Shown: positions 21,637 to 34,812 of the stretch, piece after piece
Numbering within the stretch: position 1 is the first letter of the stretch
How the letters are laid out: each line of letters starts with the position of its first letter
Assembly (NCBI GenBank): GCA_020184695.1
Contig: JAANOX010000280.1
Coordinates: 310,001 to 374,000 of the forward strand
Direction of reading: 5' to 3'
Length of the DNA stretch: 64,000 bases
DNA from: Histomonas meleagridis 2922-C6/04-290x
Lineage: Eukaryota; Protista; Parabasalia
Notes under the pieces: model-generated
Databases searched by the model: none
What the model was told of the DNA's origin: nothing
The model's input: only the letters and a program-made list of their open reading frames with translations
Program-made: the position numbers and the translations under genes

Positions 21637-22182
21637 CTAATTCAACAAATTGCTTATTTGATAAAAATACAAAGGGTCAAGCATGCAATCATTCTTTGAT
21701 TCGTCTTCATATCCTTTATCTGCCTTATTTTCCTTTGCTTTGAAACTTGTGGAATATTTTGTTACTAACCATCCACAAAAGCAAAAGTCTTCTACTGAAT
21801 TAGCATCCAACCTCAATATTCTCATTTTTCGCATTATTGTATTCCATCGATTTTTGATATTATTAAATGATCTATTATGAAAATACTTGCAAAACAATGA
21901 CCATTTTGGCCCCATCGTATTATATTTCTCAAATAATATATGATCTTCTTCAGGTGTCCAAGGAGAAATGTTCACGTTAGGGCTTAAATAGAAATTCCAT
22001 CTTTCTCTGCATTGTCTGGGACTCCTAGTTTTAATTTTATCGGATATGAATTTCCAATTTCTGGTTCCATACTCTTGAACAAGTTTTATAAGAGCTTGAT
22101 CTTCTTCATTGGTAAAAGTTTTCCTTTTTTTCTTATAGCTTGTATTTATGAAGTTAGGTGTGTAGTTGCTTAGATGTTCCAT
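21637..22182 (-). CDS. R2R3 Myb transcription factor
   Basis: FTNEEDQALIKLV..YGTRNW...RSPRQCRERWNFYL and PWTPEED...GPKWS...RSFNNIKNRW. First ATG at 22182. Confidence 0.95.
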   Translation of the reverse strand: MEHLSNYTPNFINTSYKKKRKTFTNEEDQALIKLVQEYGTRNWKFISDKIKTRSPRQCRERWNFYLSPNVNISPWTPEEDHILFEKYNTMGPKWSLFCKYFHNRSFNNIKNRWNTIMRKMRILRLDANSVEDFCFCGWLVTKYSTSFKAKENKADKGYEDESKNDCMLDPLYFYQISNLLN

Positions 22183-22781
22183 TTTTTCAAAAATGGTTCT
22201 CACAGATGATCATTTTCATTCAATTTGACGGCGCTACTTGTGAGGGCTAGAAAAATTTCAATGCGTCTTTGGTTGTAAAGTTCAGTTGGTGTGAACAATA
22301 AATTTTATAATTTGCGTTATTCTGATGCTAGTAAGGGATATTTTAATATTTTCCAAAACATGGAAATAATATGAGTATTTTGATAATATATTATGTTTAA
22401 TTTGTCGAAACTTGTTTAATTCATAGGATATAAATATTTTTGATTTCAATCGATAATATATTTTGTAAAAAAAGCGTTCAGTCCTTTGAAAAAAATGGGA
22501 ACAAATCGATCAGATTGCATTTAATTCCACGTTGTTCAAAAAGTTATATAAAAAAACGGTCAGTCTGTGAATGTCCCCAAAGCAGTAAAACAAAGCTAAT
22601 ATTTACCATTTTGTCTCTTTTCGTGATATCTATGAATTTATAAAAGAATATTTATTGTCAAATATCACATGGAATTCATTTATAACTTGTTACATAATCC
22701 GTACAGAGCCAAACATCAAATTTATCACCGCCCGCCCCGGATATCTTTGTCAGCTTCAAAAAAGTGAAAATAATGAAAACT

Positions 22782-23932
22782 TTACTCGTAGTAATTTTGG
22801 CTGATATATTTGAACATTTGGAGTGTGTTATCAATCACCTGCTGACTATCTAATGACACTTGCCTGTAAACAATAATTGGCCTTGACTCGGTAAGTGGTT
22901 TAGCCCTTTCCAAGAATTTATCGACAATATACTGTGCACATTTGTCAGGGTCGTGTGGATCTCCGATATACTCAGGAAACACCTTAGTGAAGCAATCCGT
23001 TTCCCTTATCTTTTCTGTGAATTCATCGAACTTATTGCAGATGAGGAAAATTGGTGCTTCTCTAAACTCTTCTTTTTTGACAACTTGGGAGAAAACTTCA
23101 ATCGAATCATTGATGCGAACCATGTGGAAGTCTTCGAACATTGGCTTGTCGAATTCGGCCAATGTTACAAAATATATACATCCGCCAACTTCACTCATGA
23201 TTTTTCCCATTTGCTGCGTTCATTCTTTTTGACCACCAACGTCATATATACGGATGATTGCTCCATCGAGATCAAATGTGATTGAATCAATTCAATTGAT
23301 CTGACACGAACTCGAAGGACATCATCATCACTTGGAACGTAGTCTTCATCTTGGAGATCATCAATTTTTGTCAAAGAGTAACCGACGTTGTCTGGAATGA
23401 TAGTTTCATCTTTATGTCTGTATGCCGTTTGTATTGATGGATCTTGCCATAGTTGTTGTAGAGATTCAGCAAGTTGAGGAGTAAAATCGCAAGCAAACGG
23501 ATTTAATGCAAGAATATCTTGTGCTGCTTGTTCGAGATCTGGACTGATTTCCATCGAATTACGTTCTAACCAAATAAGAAGAAGTTGCATAGATTCAACG
23601 AGATTTCCTTTTATGGTTGGGATAAGGCTCTTTCTTTCATCATCCTCAATTCCAACATATTTAAGCTTTAATTGACGCAGCATATGTTGTTTTTACCCGT
23701 TTCTCCAGTTCCACAAAGAATCAATCCAAATGCTTCTATATCATTATCTTTGATTAGAATCGGCTGTTTTTCATTGTTTTGATATTGGATATTATTTCTT
23801 TAGGTTCCTCATTTTTATTGGCTCTTCCTCCTTTGGCTGTATGTTTTGCTGTGCATGATCTTTTACTGATGTTTTGCAAGGTGGTAAAGGTGATATTTGT
23901 TCTGGTACAACCTTCGATTGGCCGCACCCCAT
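22782..23932 (-). CDS. Heterotrimeric G-protein alpha subunit with several 1-nt frameshifts (assembly errors or pseudogene)
   Basis: MGCGQS start at 23932. GTGETGKTT P-loop, VLRVRVRS switch I, YDVGGQ and ICNKFD motifs are spread over shifting frames. Confidence 0.85.
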
Positions 23933-24348
23933 TTTTAATCAACACGATATAAAATCGTTCAATTTTGCACAAAAAGTTCCAAAGTTTGGGTAAAGAAGTG
24001 AATTCACATTTTTTCTGAGAACAAATTGTTAGTACTATAGTAAGTAATAAACTATTTAAAAAGTTTTTGAAAACTTGGCCGAAATGTTTCAAAAACTTTT
24101 GGGGAATCGTTTTTTGCTACAGACAAACTTTGTCAATTTTGATAGCAAAAAATTTGTGAAAAATTTTTCCATCAAAATCTGACGTTTTGCTCCATCTATT
24201 TTTTATCTAACAAATTTAATTACAGCAAAATGACATCTAAATTTAATGTTTTATTCGTCGACAGATTTTCGTAGGTACAATTTGATATCTGAAAATTACA
24301 TTTTTCAAAAATGTATTATTGATCACTGATTTATTTGTTCACCTAAAA

Positions 24349-27300
24349 CTAAAGAGAATAAACAATATTATTTTCACATGCACAGTACAACTTATTATTT
24401 CTTGTATTATAACACATCGTTGTAATCTGTGACATCATTTCAATATCCGCGATTAATTTTAATGTTGGCAACTCGAATATCTTTAATTTATTTTGTTGAT
24501 CGCCGACAGCCAACAAAGATTTCAAGTTATTAATTTTCATTTCGCACCACGACAAATTTTTACCCATAATTTCCACCGTTGCCACTTTTTCGCCGTTTTT
24601 TCTTACATGTCGAAATTAAAGACGTTTTATCTTTGACACCTTCGTACGCCACTCGTACGCACGGGTTTGTCCTTATTTCAATTTTTCAGTATATTCGAAG
24701 GTATTGAAATTGATCTAATGAAAAGCTCCTTGTGACAATTCCGAAACAACAATAGTTTTCGATTTATCACAACTTACAATCATGTTCAATTGCAAATTTG
24801 CTTTCACGTCAATTATCGGTTCTGAATGTGGTGAAATTCGATATACAATTGAAGTTGGCACACCCAAATGCCATAAAATGATTGAAGAATCTGTCGAAGC
24901 AGTAATCAAATGATAGTTATCAGGTTGACATACTGCGATGTTTAATGAGAATTGGTTTTTCATTTCGATATGTTTTATCGAATTATTTTCGATTTGGAAA
25001 CAATTGTAAAGAAGAATCAGTGTTCGAAGAAGCGATTAATATGTTCGATCCCATTAAACAAGAGAATTTCTTTTCACTAAACTCTTCAATACTACCGATA
25101 TAACGAGTTAAATCTTCTTCGATGTTATTATTGTTATTATTATTTGTTGTATTATTCGCGTTGTTATAATTGATCATTGTTAATAACCCTTTAATATTAA
25201 TAAGTATTAAATTCGTTTGATCATTTCGCATAAATATGTTACGGAATTGTGTCTTTAATATTTGCGTAAGTTTAACTTTTCTCTCGTAAGTTATAAAAGT
25301 TATGAATTTGTACAACGTTTTGACGCTTTGGATGTGGCGAAGTAAATATTTGTTTTGGTGTAATACCGAAATGAAAAGCGTTTTGTTGACATTGTGATAA
25401 CATTTCCGGGTCATTTAATACTGATTTAGTTATACACGAAGCATAAGAGAATGGCGGAAAAGTATTATTTGCTTCGATGGCTGCTTTACCTTGTTGTTTA
25501 TATCCGAATATTAAATCGATCCAACCATTTAAATTGTTGTTAACATAATTTGATTCTAATGCGTTCTTATGTATTTCAATGAATTCATATGGCGTTTTAG
25601 CCCATTTCGGTAATATTACATCATTAATTATGTTGTCATTAATATCTTTACCTAAATCGAATCCATTCGAATTAATTAAGAATTCGGGTGTAGTAAAGAA
25701 TTCTGGAATTAATTCTCGAAAATCATTAACAACTGGTGATGATACACATTCCCAAACCTTTTTGTATTGATGAAAAATATTCGTTTGTGAATTATCAAAT
25801 TTATTATCTTGCATTTTGATATTAATTGTAGTAAATGGTTCTAAACGTAATAAATAATATGATACAAAATATGAAGTAGAATAATGTATACGATATAAAT
25901 ATGATTTCTTAGGATCTTCAAATGCTTCATTTGATATTTTAATTAAGTTATTTAATCGTGTTTCATTAATTGCACCAATTGGTTTATTTAAGTCACGATA
26001 ATTCTTTGGATCATTAATATCAATTGTTTCACTTGTATAATCATTTAATATCCATGGGAATATTGGATATTGTGTTAAATCATTAAAACTTCGACCTGCA
26101 AATAAATTAACATATATTAAATATTCATAATTTGTTATTATTCCATTTTGCCATTTTTCAGTTAATTTAAGCTCATTCCAAATAGTGGATATGTTTGAGC
26201 TTAATTGTAATACTTTAAGATTATTTAATTTCTTCTTTTGTAGAAATCGTAATACTTCTTTTCTTTTTTCATTACTTGGGAATACTATGAAATAACTTTT
26301 CCTTTTAATCAAAAAGAATTCTAATGCTTTTGGCAAATGTAAATAATTCCGATGTAATACCATTGATAAAGATTTTAATGAAACTTGAATCGATTTAACA
26401 TTATTTTCTTCTGTTCGACCTTCAAAGAATAATTCTTTATCATTAATATAGAATTTACCTTTATAAACATCATTTAATTTAATTAAATCACATTCACAAG
26501 AAAATGAATAACTTAATGATTCATAATAACTTTCATCTTCATCTTCATCTTCTTCAGCATTTAAATCATCATCTAATAATTGAAGTTCATCAATCGATTG
26601 CGTGCTAAGTACCCATTGTTGAAATTCTTCATCTGCAGTTTTCTTATCACTTGAATCCCTTAAAATTGAAGCCATTTTATGTAAATCAAAATGATGATTA
26701 GGTTTAAAGATAATATGTCGCCAATATAAATCTAAAAATGTCGATATCTTCCAATGTGGAGCATTACCAATATCTCTAAATTGTCCATTATTAGCCTTTA
26801 ATTCTTGTAATAAATGTTTTAATGATTTTTGACATAATAAATGATTATGATAAAATAATTGTCGATATTGATCAAACGTAGAAATTGATTGTTGAATTTG
26901 TCCTTTAGTTAATGATTTATCAAAACTTTCAGTATAATTTTGAATATCCAAAATTATTTGTGTTTCTTTTAATAAACTTTGTGATAAGAATTTGATGAAA
27001 TTTGGTATTAATACTTGTAATGATTGTAACCATTCATTTGATGGTACACCATAAAATTCAGGTAATGTTTCATATTTTATATTTTTGACGTTTTTGAACC
27101 CATTTATTATAGTTATAAATTGTTTCTTTATTTCGGCATTCTTTAATGTTAATGGATATATAAATGAAGAAAATATTTGTAAACATTTTATAGATAAATC
27201 ATTTGATACTGTTAATATATTTGTCGAAAATTTCGTTAAAATTTCTTTACTTTGATTAGGATCAGAACGAATTATAAATCCTAAAATAAATGAAATTAAT

Positions 27301-30300
27301 TCGAAGATAATAAATTTGTTGTTTTGTATTGTTATAGTCTTTTCTAATATCGATGGACTTATCGATAAAACTAAATCACAATATTTCTTAGCTAAATTAA
27401 TATTTAACCAATTACCTTTAATAGGGATTCTTGAACTAAATGAAATATTTAATGTATTTGTATTAATTTCTTTAGTTGTTAACATTATTAATTCTAAGAA
27501 TTTAAAGTTCGAATCTAAAATTGTATCATTATGAAATCCGACATTTAAATTATATTCATTTAAAAGTTCTTGATTACGAAATGATTCATCATAAGAAGGA
27601 ATATAAAATAAATAAGAAAATACTTCTGACAACAAAAATTGATAAACATTTTCTTGTTTAGCATTTAATTCAGTTAATAAATGTAAATAAATGTTATTAA
27701 TGAATTCCATTGTATCACATTTCTTAGTAATTTGAATTATATTTAAAAATGAAATTGCATTAATGAATAAATTAATTTTTTGTTTTGTTAATAATGAAAT
27801 TAATATTAATGAAAAAATGGAATTAGTAATATGATCAACTTTTAAGTCGATTTTCTTAGAAGTTTGTGAATAAAGATAAAATGTATATATATACCAATTA
27901 GAATTAAAGAATTGTTCAATTGATATCATATTATTTTTAAGTTTATCATAAAATGTATTTAAGAATTGTGTTATTAAATCGCCATTAAAGTAATACGAAA
28001 GAAAAGATATAAATGGATATAAACTACTCATTAATTTTGGTACTTCGAAGAATAATTTTATTGATTCATCCCAAGATTTTTGTGTTATATTATTTGGATT
28101 ATATATTTTAATATAAGTAATTATTGAATTATCTAAATTAAGTTTAACATTTTGATTTGATATTATATTATTTATTAAAAAGTCATGTGTTTTAATTAAA
28201 AGTTTTAATGATATAATTCGTACATCTTCATTTTCATGACTAGCTAATTGTATAAATGAATAATAATAACTCGGCTTAACTAATAAATTATGACAATCAA
28301 AGATATGATTAGATATTAAAGTATATATTAAATCTAAAACTTCGATTTTTAATTTTGTGATTTTTATAGCATTTACATATTTAAATATTAAATGTTGTTC
28401 TGATATTTGAAAACGTTTTTTAGCAAAATCTAGTAAAAATGGCCAATATAATTTCCGAATTTGATCATTATCTATTTGTATAATATAAGCCAAAATTTGA
28501 GGAAATGATAAAGTTTCTAAAAATGTATTAGTGAACTTATTAAATAATTTATATAAATAATCATTTAATATTATTTTATGAATATCATAATTTAATTGAT
28601 TCCAAAGCACAGGATAAAACCATAAATAATTTATAATATCAGCAATATACATATTATCTCTTAAAGAACAAGTTAAATCCATTAAAAGTTTAAAGAAATC
28701 ATTCTTAAACTTATCAGGTTTAATTAATGTTAATGAATTACAAAATGATTTAAATCCATTCGAATTAAAGAATGAACTTTCTAAATCAGGCGAAATTTTA
28801 ATTAATGAAATAATTAATTCGATTAATTTATAAGAAAACTCAATACTATCATTTAAATTAGGTTCTCCATATACTTCCAATTCGACAAATGAAAATATAG
28901 GCATTAAAGATTGAATTCCACCCATATTCGTAATAGTTTTAACAAATGTTGATGAATATGGTACTACTTCCCCTTCAATTATTGCGTTTTTATTAAACTT
29001 CTTAGATAAATTAATACAATTATTATCTTTAACTAAACGAGAATTATAACATAATATTAATGATTCTTCAATATCACCATGGAATAATGAAGAAGGCAAA
29101 TTATTAAACACATTTTTATTAGCAATATCAAAATTATATATATAATCTAATGGTAATTTCGAGAAATCTTCCATTATTTTATTCGAAAAGAATTGTGAAA
29201 AGAAATATATTATATTAATATTACATACTAATGAATAATTCGGATCAAAACTTCTTGCAAGATACCAATTCTTAATTGCTTCTATCTTAAATTTCGACAT
29301 TGAAAACACTAAAATTTTCTTTTGGTTGATATATATCTTACAATTATTATTCCCTTGAATAGTTATACCAAATAAATTCCATGCATTTTCTTTTAATTCA
29401 TTATTAATTGTATGTACAATCAATTGAGGCTTTTTACCTAATTTCTTAACTTCTATAACTAATGATAAATTATTAATATAAATTTCTAACGTTATATCAT
29501 TAGTACTTTCAATAGATAATATTCGAGGCTTATCACAACTAAAGTTATATTTAGAATCAATATTAAATCGAATAATAAATGTCCAACCTTTCGATAAATA
29601 AGTTGAAGGTATTGAAGGTAAATTAATTCCGGTGTTTAATCCAGTAAAATGAAAGAATGATGAAGGCACTTCAATATTATTTTGTGTAATAATATCATAT
29701 AAACATGATAAAAATCGTGATGTCCACCATGGACGTTTACCTTCATAAGATTTTAATAAATTCATCGATTCGATAAATGTTCGAGGTTTAAATAAATAAG
29801 ATGAAACTTTTGTAAATAATTGAAGGCATGAATTAATTGAATTCTTTTGATTCTCATTTGCTTTTGATAAATCCGGGAAATTACGTATAAATTGTAATAT
29901 AATTATTGGTAACTTTGATTGATAAATATGTAAACAATTTGTAAATGAATTCTCACATATTAAATATAAATAATTAAATATTATGGTATGTTCACTTAAA
30001 TGTGATGTAGAATAATGTAAAAATGGTAATGCTTTATAAAATCGGATTTCATTATATTTAAATTGTTGTTCTATATCCATAGGTTGTTCAAAGATTAATT
30101 CTAATATTAAATTAATTGTATCTTTTTCTAATATAATTGTTGATAAAATTTTAGAGAATTGTAATAAAAATGATTTCGATTGTTTTATTAAAATTGTTTG
30201 ATAATTTTTATCATTTCGTGTGAAATTACATATTAATTTTAATATTGATTGTAAAATCTTATTTGCTTTTTCATGTATTTTATTAACTACTTCTTGTGTA

Positions 30301-32426
30301 AAATCGAGAATTAATTTAAATATTTCATATTTATCTAAATATCGTACAAGTGTATCTCTATTTTCATAAAATGAATTACTTAATATATCAATTAATAATG
30401 ATAATAAATGTAAATAATTTTCATCTTCAATATTTTTGACAGATAATTTTATTAAATCAATTAAAAATTCTAATTCGGTTTCATATGGTGTTAATAATTC
30501 GCCATCTATCTTAAAGCATTGTTCTAATTTTATAGATAAACATCGACTTAAAAAATCAACTGCATAATTTTCAAATGATTTTTCAAATAATAAATGGAAA
30601 TGAAATTTTAATATTATTTCAGTCGAACATAAAACTTGTTTAGCTATATCATTAGAAAAGAATTCATATTGTAAAAATAATAATGATTTTCGAAGTTCGA
30701 AAATTTTATTTTTCACATTTGTATCTTTTTCTCTTAAATAAACTAATTGTAACATATAATTATAATATATATAACCATCTAAGAAATTTGATTTTTGTAA
30801 ACTATAAATTAATGTCGAATTTTTATTTTGTAAAATTGCTGATATTAAATATATTATATCATTTGCAAGTTGTGGACCAGAATTCTTTAAGAAAGTTGAA
30901 ATTTCATTTAATGTTTGTAATTGTTCATTAGTATTAGAACTATTCAAACAATTAGAAATCAAATCATAATACATATTACGTATCGCAATGAAAAATTGCG
31001 CATTTTTAGATTCGGTATAAGTATAATTTATATCAAATAAATATGAAGAAAATATTTCTTTCCAAATTTGATGATTTGTAAATAATTCGGCAATAGTAAT
31101 TTTATTATACATTGTAAAGAATGTTAATATATTAAAAACTAATGATAATTGTGTTTCTTTTTGTTGTGGTTTAATTTCTAAAAATAAATGGAATAATTTA
31201 CCAACAATTATACTCTTTAATGGTCCCGCTTGTGCATTTAATAATGATGTCATGATGATAGATAACTTATTATTCATTGCAACAATTAATTTATAGTTTT
31301 GTCCATTACTTTGTTTTTGTCGTTTATGATTTATAATGATTGGCATTTCTTCTTTTTCATTAATATTTATCCATTTATGATCAGGGAATTCATTAAATGT
31401 TAAATTACTTGTTGATGAATATTCAGCAAATTCTTTCGGTGCTATTGTTTCTTCTTTAACGCCAATTGTTGGAAAGATATTACTTAAGAAGATTACCATG
31501 TTACATATGCTATCAATAATATTATTATCATTAAGATATTGTTGGAATTGGAACTTATTACAGCCTAAAATTATAAAGTCTATACACATAATAGATAGGT
31601 CAAATATAATTTCTTTTTCGTTTTCGTTTTTGTTTTCAATTAACTTCTTCATTAATTCATTGGTCGATTTGACCATTGGAATAAGAATAATGTCTTTAAA
31701 CTCAATTGCTATCTTGATATCAAGTGATAAGATAACTTTTGTGATCTGTTTGCAGTGTTCAACTTTAACTGTTGTGAAATTTGGTGTTCCATAAAGATTA
31801 ATAAATGTAGAATATATATTAACCAAAAATTTATGGACTTCCAAAAATAAGAATTTATTGGGAGAGTTGTTGATACATTGATAAATTAATGTAAGAAGTT
31901 TAGTCTGATATTCTTCCGCTGTGAAATTTTTGGACCAATAATCTGATAGAAAATCTAATACAGGCGATATGACTAATACAAAGTCAGAGCCATTTTCTGC
32001 GGGTTCAGATAAGAAAATTCGGAATAATGTTAACCCTCGATTTAAAAATTCAGTATTCGAATTCCGAATCATTTCAGGATAACAATAACAATAGCGAATT
32101 AGAAAACGATATAAGATGATAAAGAAGGCATCTGCTCCTTTTTTGTTGTTTTTTATTGTATCCAAATTTTTTGATATTGATTCTGATAACACATAGTATG
32201 ATGTTTCTGGCATAGTGCTTAAAGAAAGCTTTTCTATTATAGTTTCACGAGTGGTCTTTTTGGACTTAAAGTCTTTTGATTGATATGTTTTATCATGAAT
32301 TTGATTTATCAAATTTTTAATATCGACTCCTGGTATATTTATTCCACTTGGGACAGAAGGTTTCTTTGTGAAATAATGAACCCAAATATCTTCAAGGGTT
32401 TGTGGTTGCTGTGCTTTCTTTTTCAT
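24349..32426 (-). CDS. BEACH-domain/WD40 protein (neurobeachin-like); WD40 tail frameshifted
   Basis: 2384-aa ORF with ConA-like segment, PH domain and BEACH motifs (GRSFNDLTQYPIFPWIL, RELIPEFF, WIDLIFGYKQQG, FGITPKQIF). WD40-like pieces continue in 24983-25414, 24715-24963 and 24349-24585. Confidence 0.9.
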
Positions 32427-33224
32427 CTATGAAAATTTCTGAGGTTTATTGTTTACACATGTTTCTTATGCTGATTTGAAAAAATTTATTGTCTCCATCC
32501 TATTCTCAAGTAATTTCATATCTTTTATTCAAGAAATTACAACATTTTTACCATTAATATTATATTAGATGGATATTTTGTTTATATTTTTAAGTGAATC
32601 TAATTTTCATGGTTTTATTCCTGACTGTAATGATAACATCTTCTTTTGCGGTTATTTCTTGTTCTCTTTCAATTTTCAATAGCGTTTGACCCGAGCCACT
32701 TTTCCCCAAGAATTTTACCACTTTTTATAAAATATGCAAAATTTCGGGTTCTTCAGTAAATTTGAATGAGGTTACTATCAAAACTTTCTGCCGAATACGG
32801 TTAATCTACGGACATTTACGATAAATGTATGAAAAGTGGCATTGAAGTCGATTTTTTCTGAATTGTATCAACTTTTTAAATGCGTTATTACAGTACTTTT
32901 TGAATGAAAATGTTGATACATAGATCTATTTGATTGCTTAATTGAAATGATTTAAATTCTTTTCCATGAATAAATTATTTTATCAAGGAAAAAAATTATT
33001 TGCTTAAGATTTATAATTATTGAATCAATGATACCCGAAATAAAAAATAATCTACATTGTAAAAGATTTCTTATTCAATTTATTGATTATCATTAATTTT
33101 TGCTTATATAAATGAACTTTCTAAGTCGAAGAGCTATTTTCAATTTTTAATTAATTTTAAATATTTTTATTTGAATAATTACATGAAAAATAAAATGATC
33201 ATAAAAACTTTTTAATATATAACA

Positions 33225-34628
33225 TTAATCTTCAGATTCAAACAACTCTAAAATAGATGGAAATGAAGTTAAATCAAATTCATTTTCTAAATCGAAGTAT
33301 TCGGCAATTTCATTTTTCACATGTTCTGCCATAAACTCGAATTCATTATGTAACTTGAACGAATTCACCAAAGATTCCAAAAAGCCCAAACACATGAAAG
33401 CATTTTCTTCTTCAGACTCATCAGAAATCTTAAATCCGATGATATTTAATCCGCCATAATCAATAATTTCATGTAATGTATCAAAATCTACGCACATATA
33501 ATAAGACAAAAGCAAATTTGCAATTGAGTCCTTTAGACTAAAAACGCAAAATTGGAAACGCTCCAAAAGTCCTTTCCAATATTCTTTCGATGTAAATTCA
33601 TTTCTTAATAATTCCGATTTCTTCATTATCAATGCAAATGCTTCATATATATGTGTTAACAACATTTCCTCATTAAAAATATAATTTAATAGCACAATTA
33701 TTTGCTCATTTATATCATGATCAAAGAAATAAAAAAGTTGCGAGAAAATGAGTGACGAACAAGAAATTAAATGAATCTCAGGATGACTTAGCATATAATT
33801 AACAAAGTCAATCAAGCCAAGTGACAAAAATAATTCATAGTTTAGATTTCGTTTGGTAAGCTCATATAGAGCCCATGAATTATTATAAAATGTTCGGGAA
33901 AAGCCTTTGCGAAAACACATATCAATGATTGTAAGAAGTATATTATGCGTTTCGGGTGAAAGTTCGAGTTGGGAGGCATTATAGACAAGGGCACTGATTT
34001 CTTTAGAGATGATAAAAATTGTTGCAAGTTGTTCTTCTTCTTCGGTTTCAGTAGAAGTGGATAAAATTTCGGCAACTGTAGGGTTTTGTTGATCTTCGTA
34101 AAGTAATTCTTCAAGAAAGCCAATGTCGATTATTTGGAAAAATTCAAAAACGGCATTATTATTAATGGAGCATAAAAGACGAAGTGTTTGGAAATAAGTA
34201 TATCTTAGTAATTTGTTTTTCCTAGAAGTAGTACATAATATTGATATAATTCCTCCAGCTATAAATTTATTGCCAACGTTATGTGAAAGTTTGGATAAAA
34301 AAGTAATACATTTCGAAGCAGTGATTTGTACGTCTACGTTGTCAACCTGTAAAAGTTGCATCATTATTTGGATTATTTTTGGCGAACAAAATTGATCAAT
34401 TTCAATAGAAGTTTCTTGTAAAAAATCAAATATTTCATCTAGGCATTGAGATGTAGACTCATGATTATTATTGTGAAAACAACATTTGAGTACCATAAAT
34501 AATCTGTTTATTATACCCATTTCTTCTTCAACATCATCCATTTTCAAATCAATGGCACTTGATAATTGAACGTAACGGCCCAATGAAGGAGATAAATTGG
34601 AATAATTTGATGTTTTCAATCTTTTCAT
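33225..34628 (-). CDS. ARM-repeat-like helical protein (divergent importin-alpha-like)
   Basis: 467-aa ORF with ARM-like helical pattern (IIQIMMQLLQVDNVDVQITASKCITFL; NNSWALYEL). Confidence 0.5.
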   Translation of the reverse strand: MKRLKTSNYSNLSPSLGRYVQLSSAIDLKMDDVEEEMGIINRLFMVLKCCFHNNNHESTSQCLDEIFDFLQETSIEIDQFCSPKIIQIMMQLLQVDNVDVQITASKCITFLSKLSHNVGNKFIAGGIISILCTTSRKNKLLRYTYFQTLRLLCSINNNAVFEFFQIIDIGFLEELLYEDQQNPTVAEILSTSTETEEEEQLATIFIISKEISALVYNASQLELSPETHNILLTIIDMCFRKGFSRTFYNNSWALYELTKRNLNYELFLSLGLIDFVNYMLSHPEIHLISCSSLIFSQLFYFFDHDINEQIIVLLNYIFNEEMLLTHIYEAFALIMKKSELLRNEFTSKEYWKGLLERFQFCVFSLKDSIANLLLSYYMCVDFDTLHEIIDYGGLNIIGFKISDESEEENAFMCLGFLESLVNSFKLHNEFEFMAEHVKNEIAEYFDLENEFDLTSFPSILELFESED

Positions 34629-34812
34629 TGTGCGTTTATAAAGACATGTTAAGTGAATATATATTTTATTTTCTTATAGAGAGAATTGAAAAGCAACTGA
34701 ACTACTTTTGATCGTTTTTAACAGAAATATGATTCAAAAAGTTGGAGGCTAATCGTTCGTACCCTCCGGTAATTCAATGTAACCGTTTCCTAACTGCTGT
34801 TGTAAAATCATC

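Noticed and set aside
22782-23932. RNA editing or programmed frameshifting of the G-alpha gene
   Set aside because: The indels are homopolymer-associated and spill into the neighbouring gene, so assembly error is more parsimonious.
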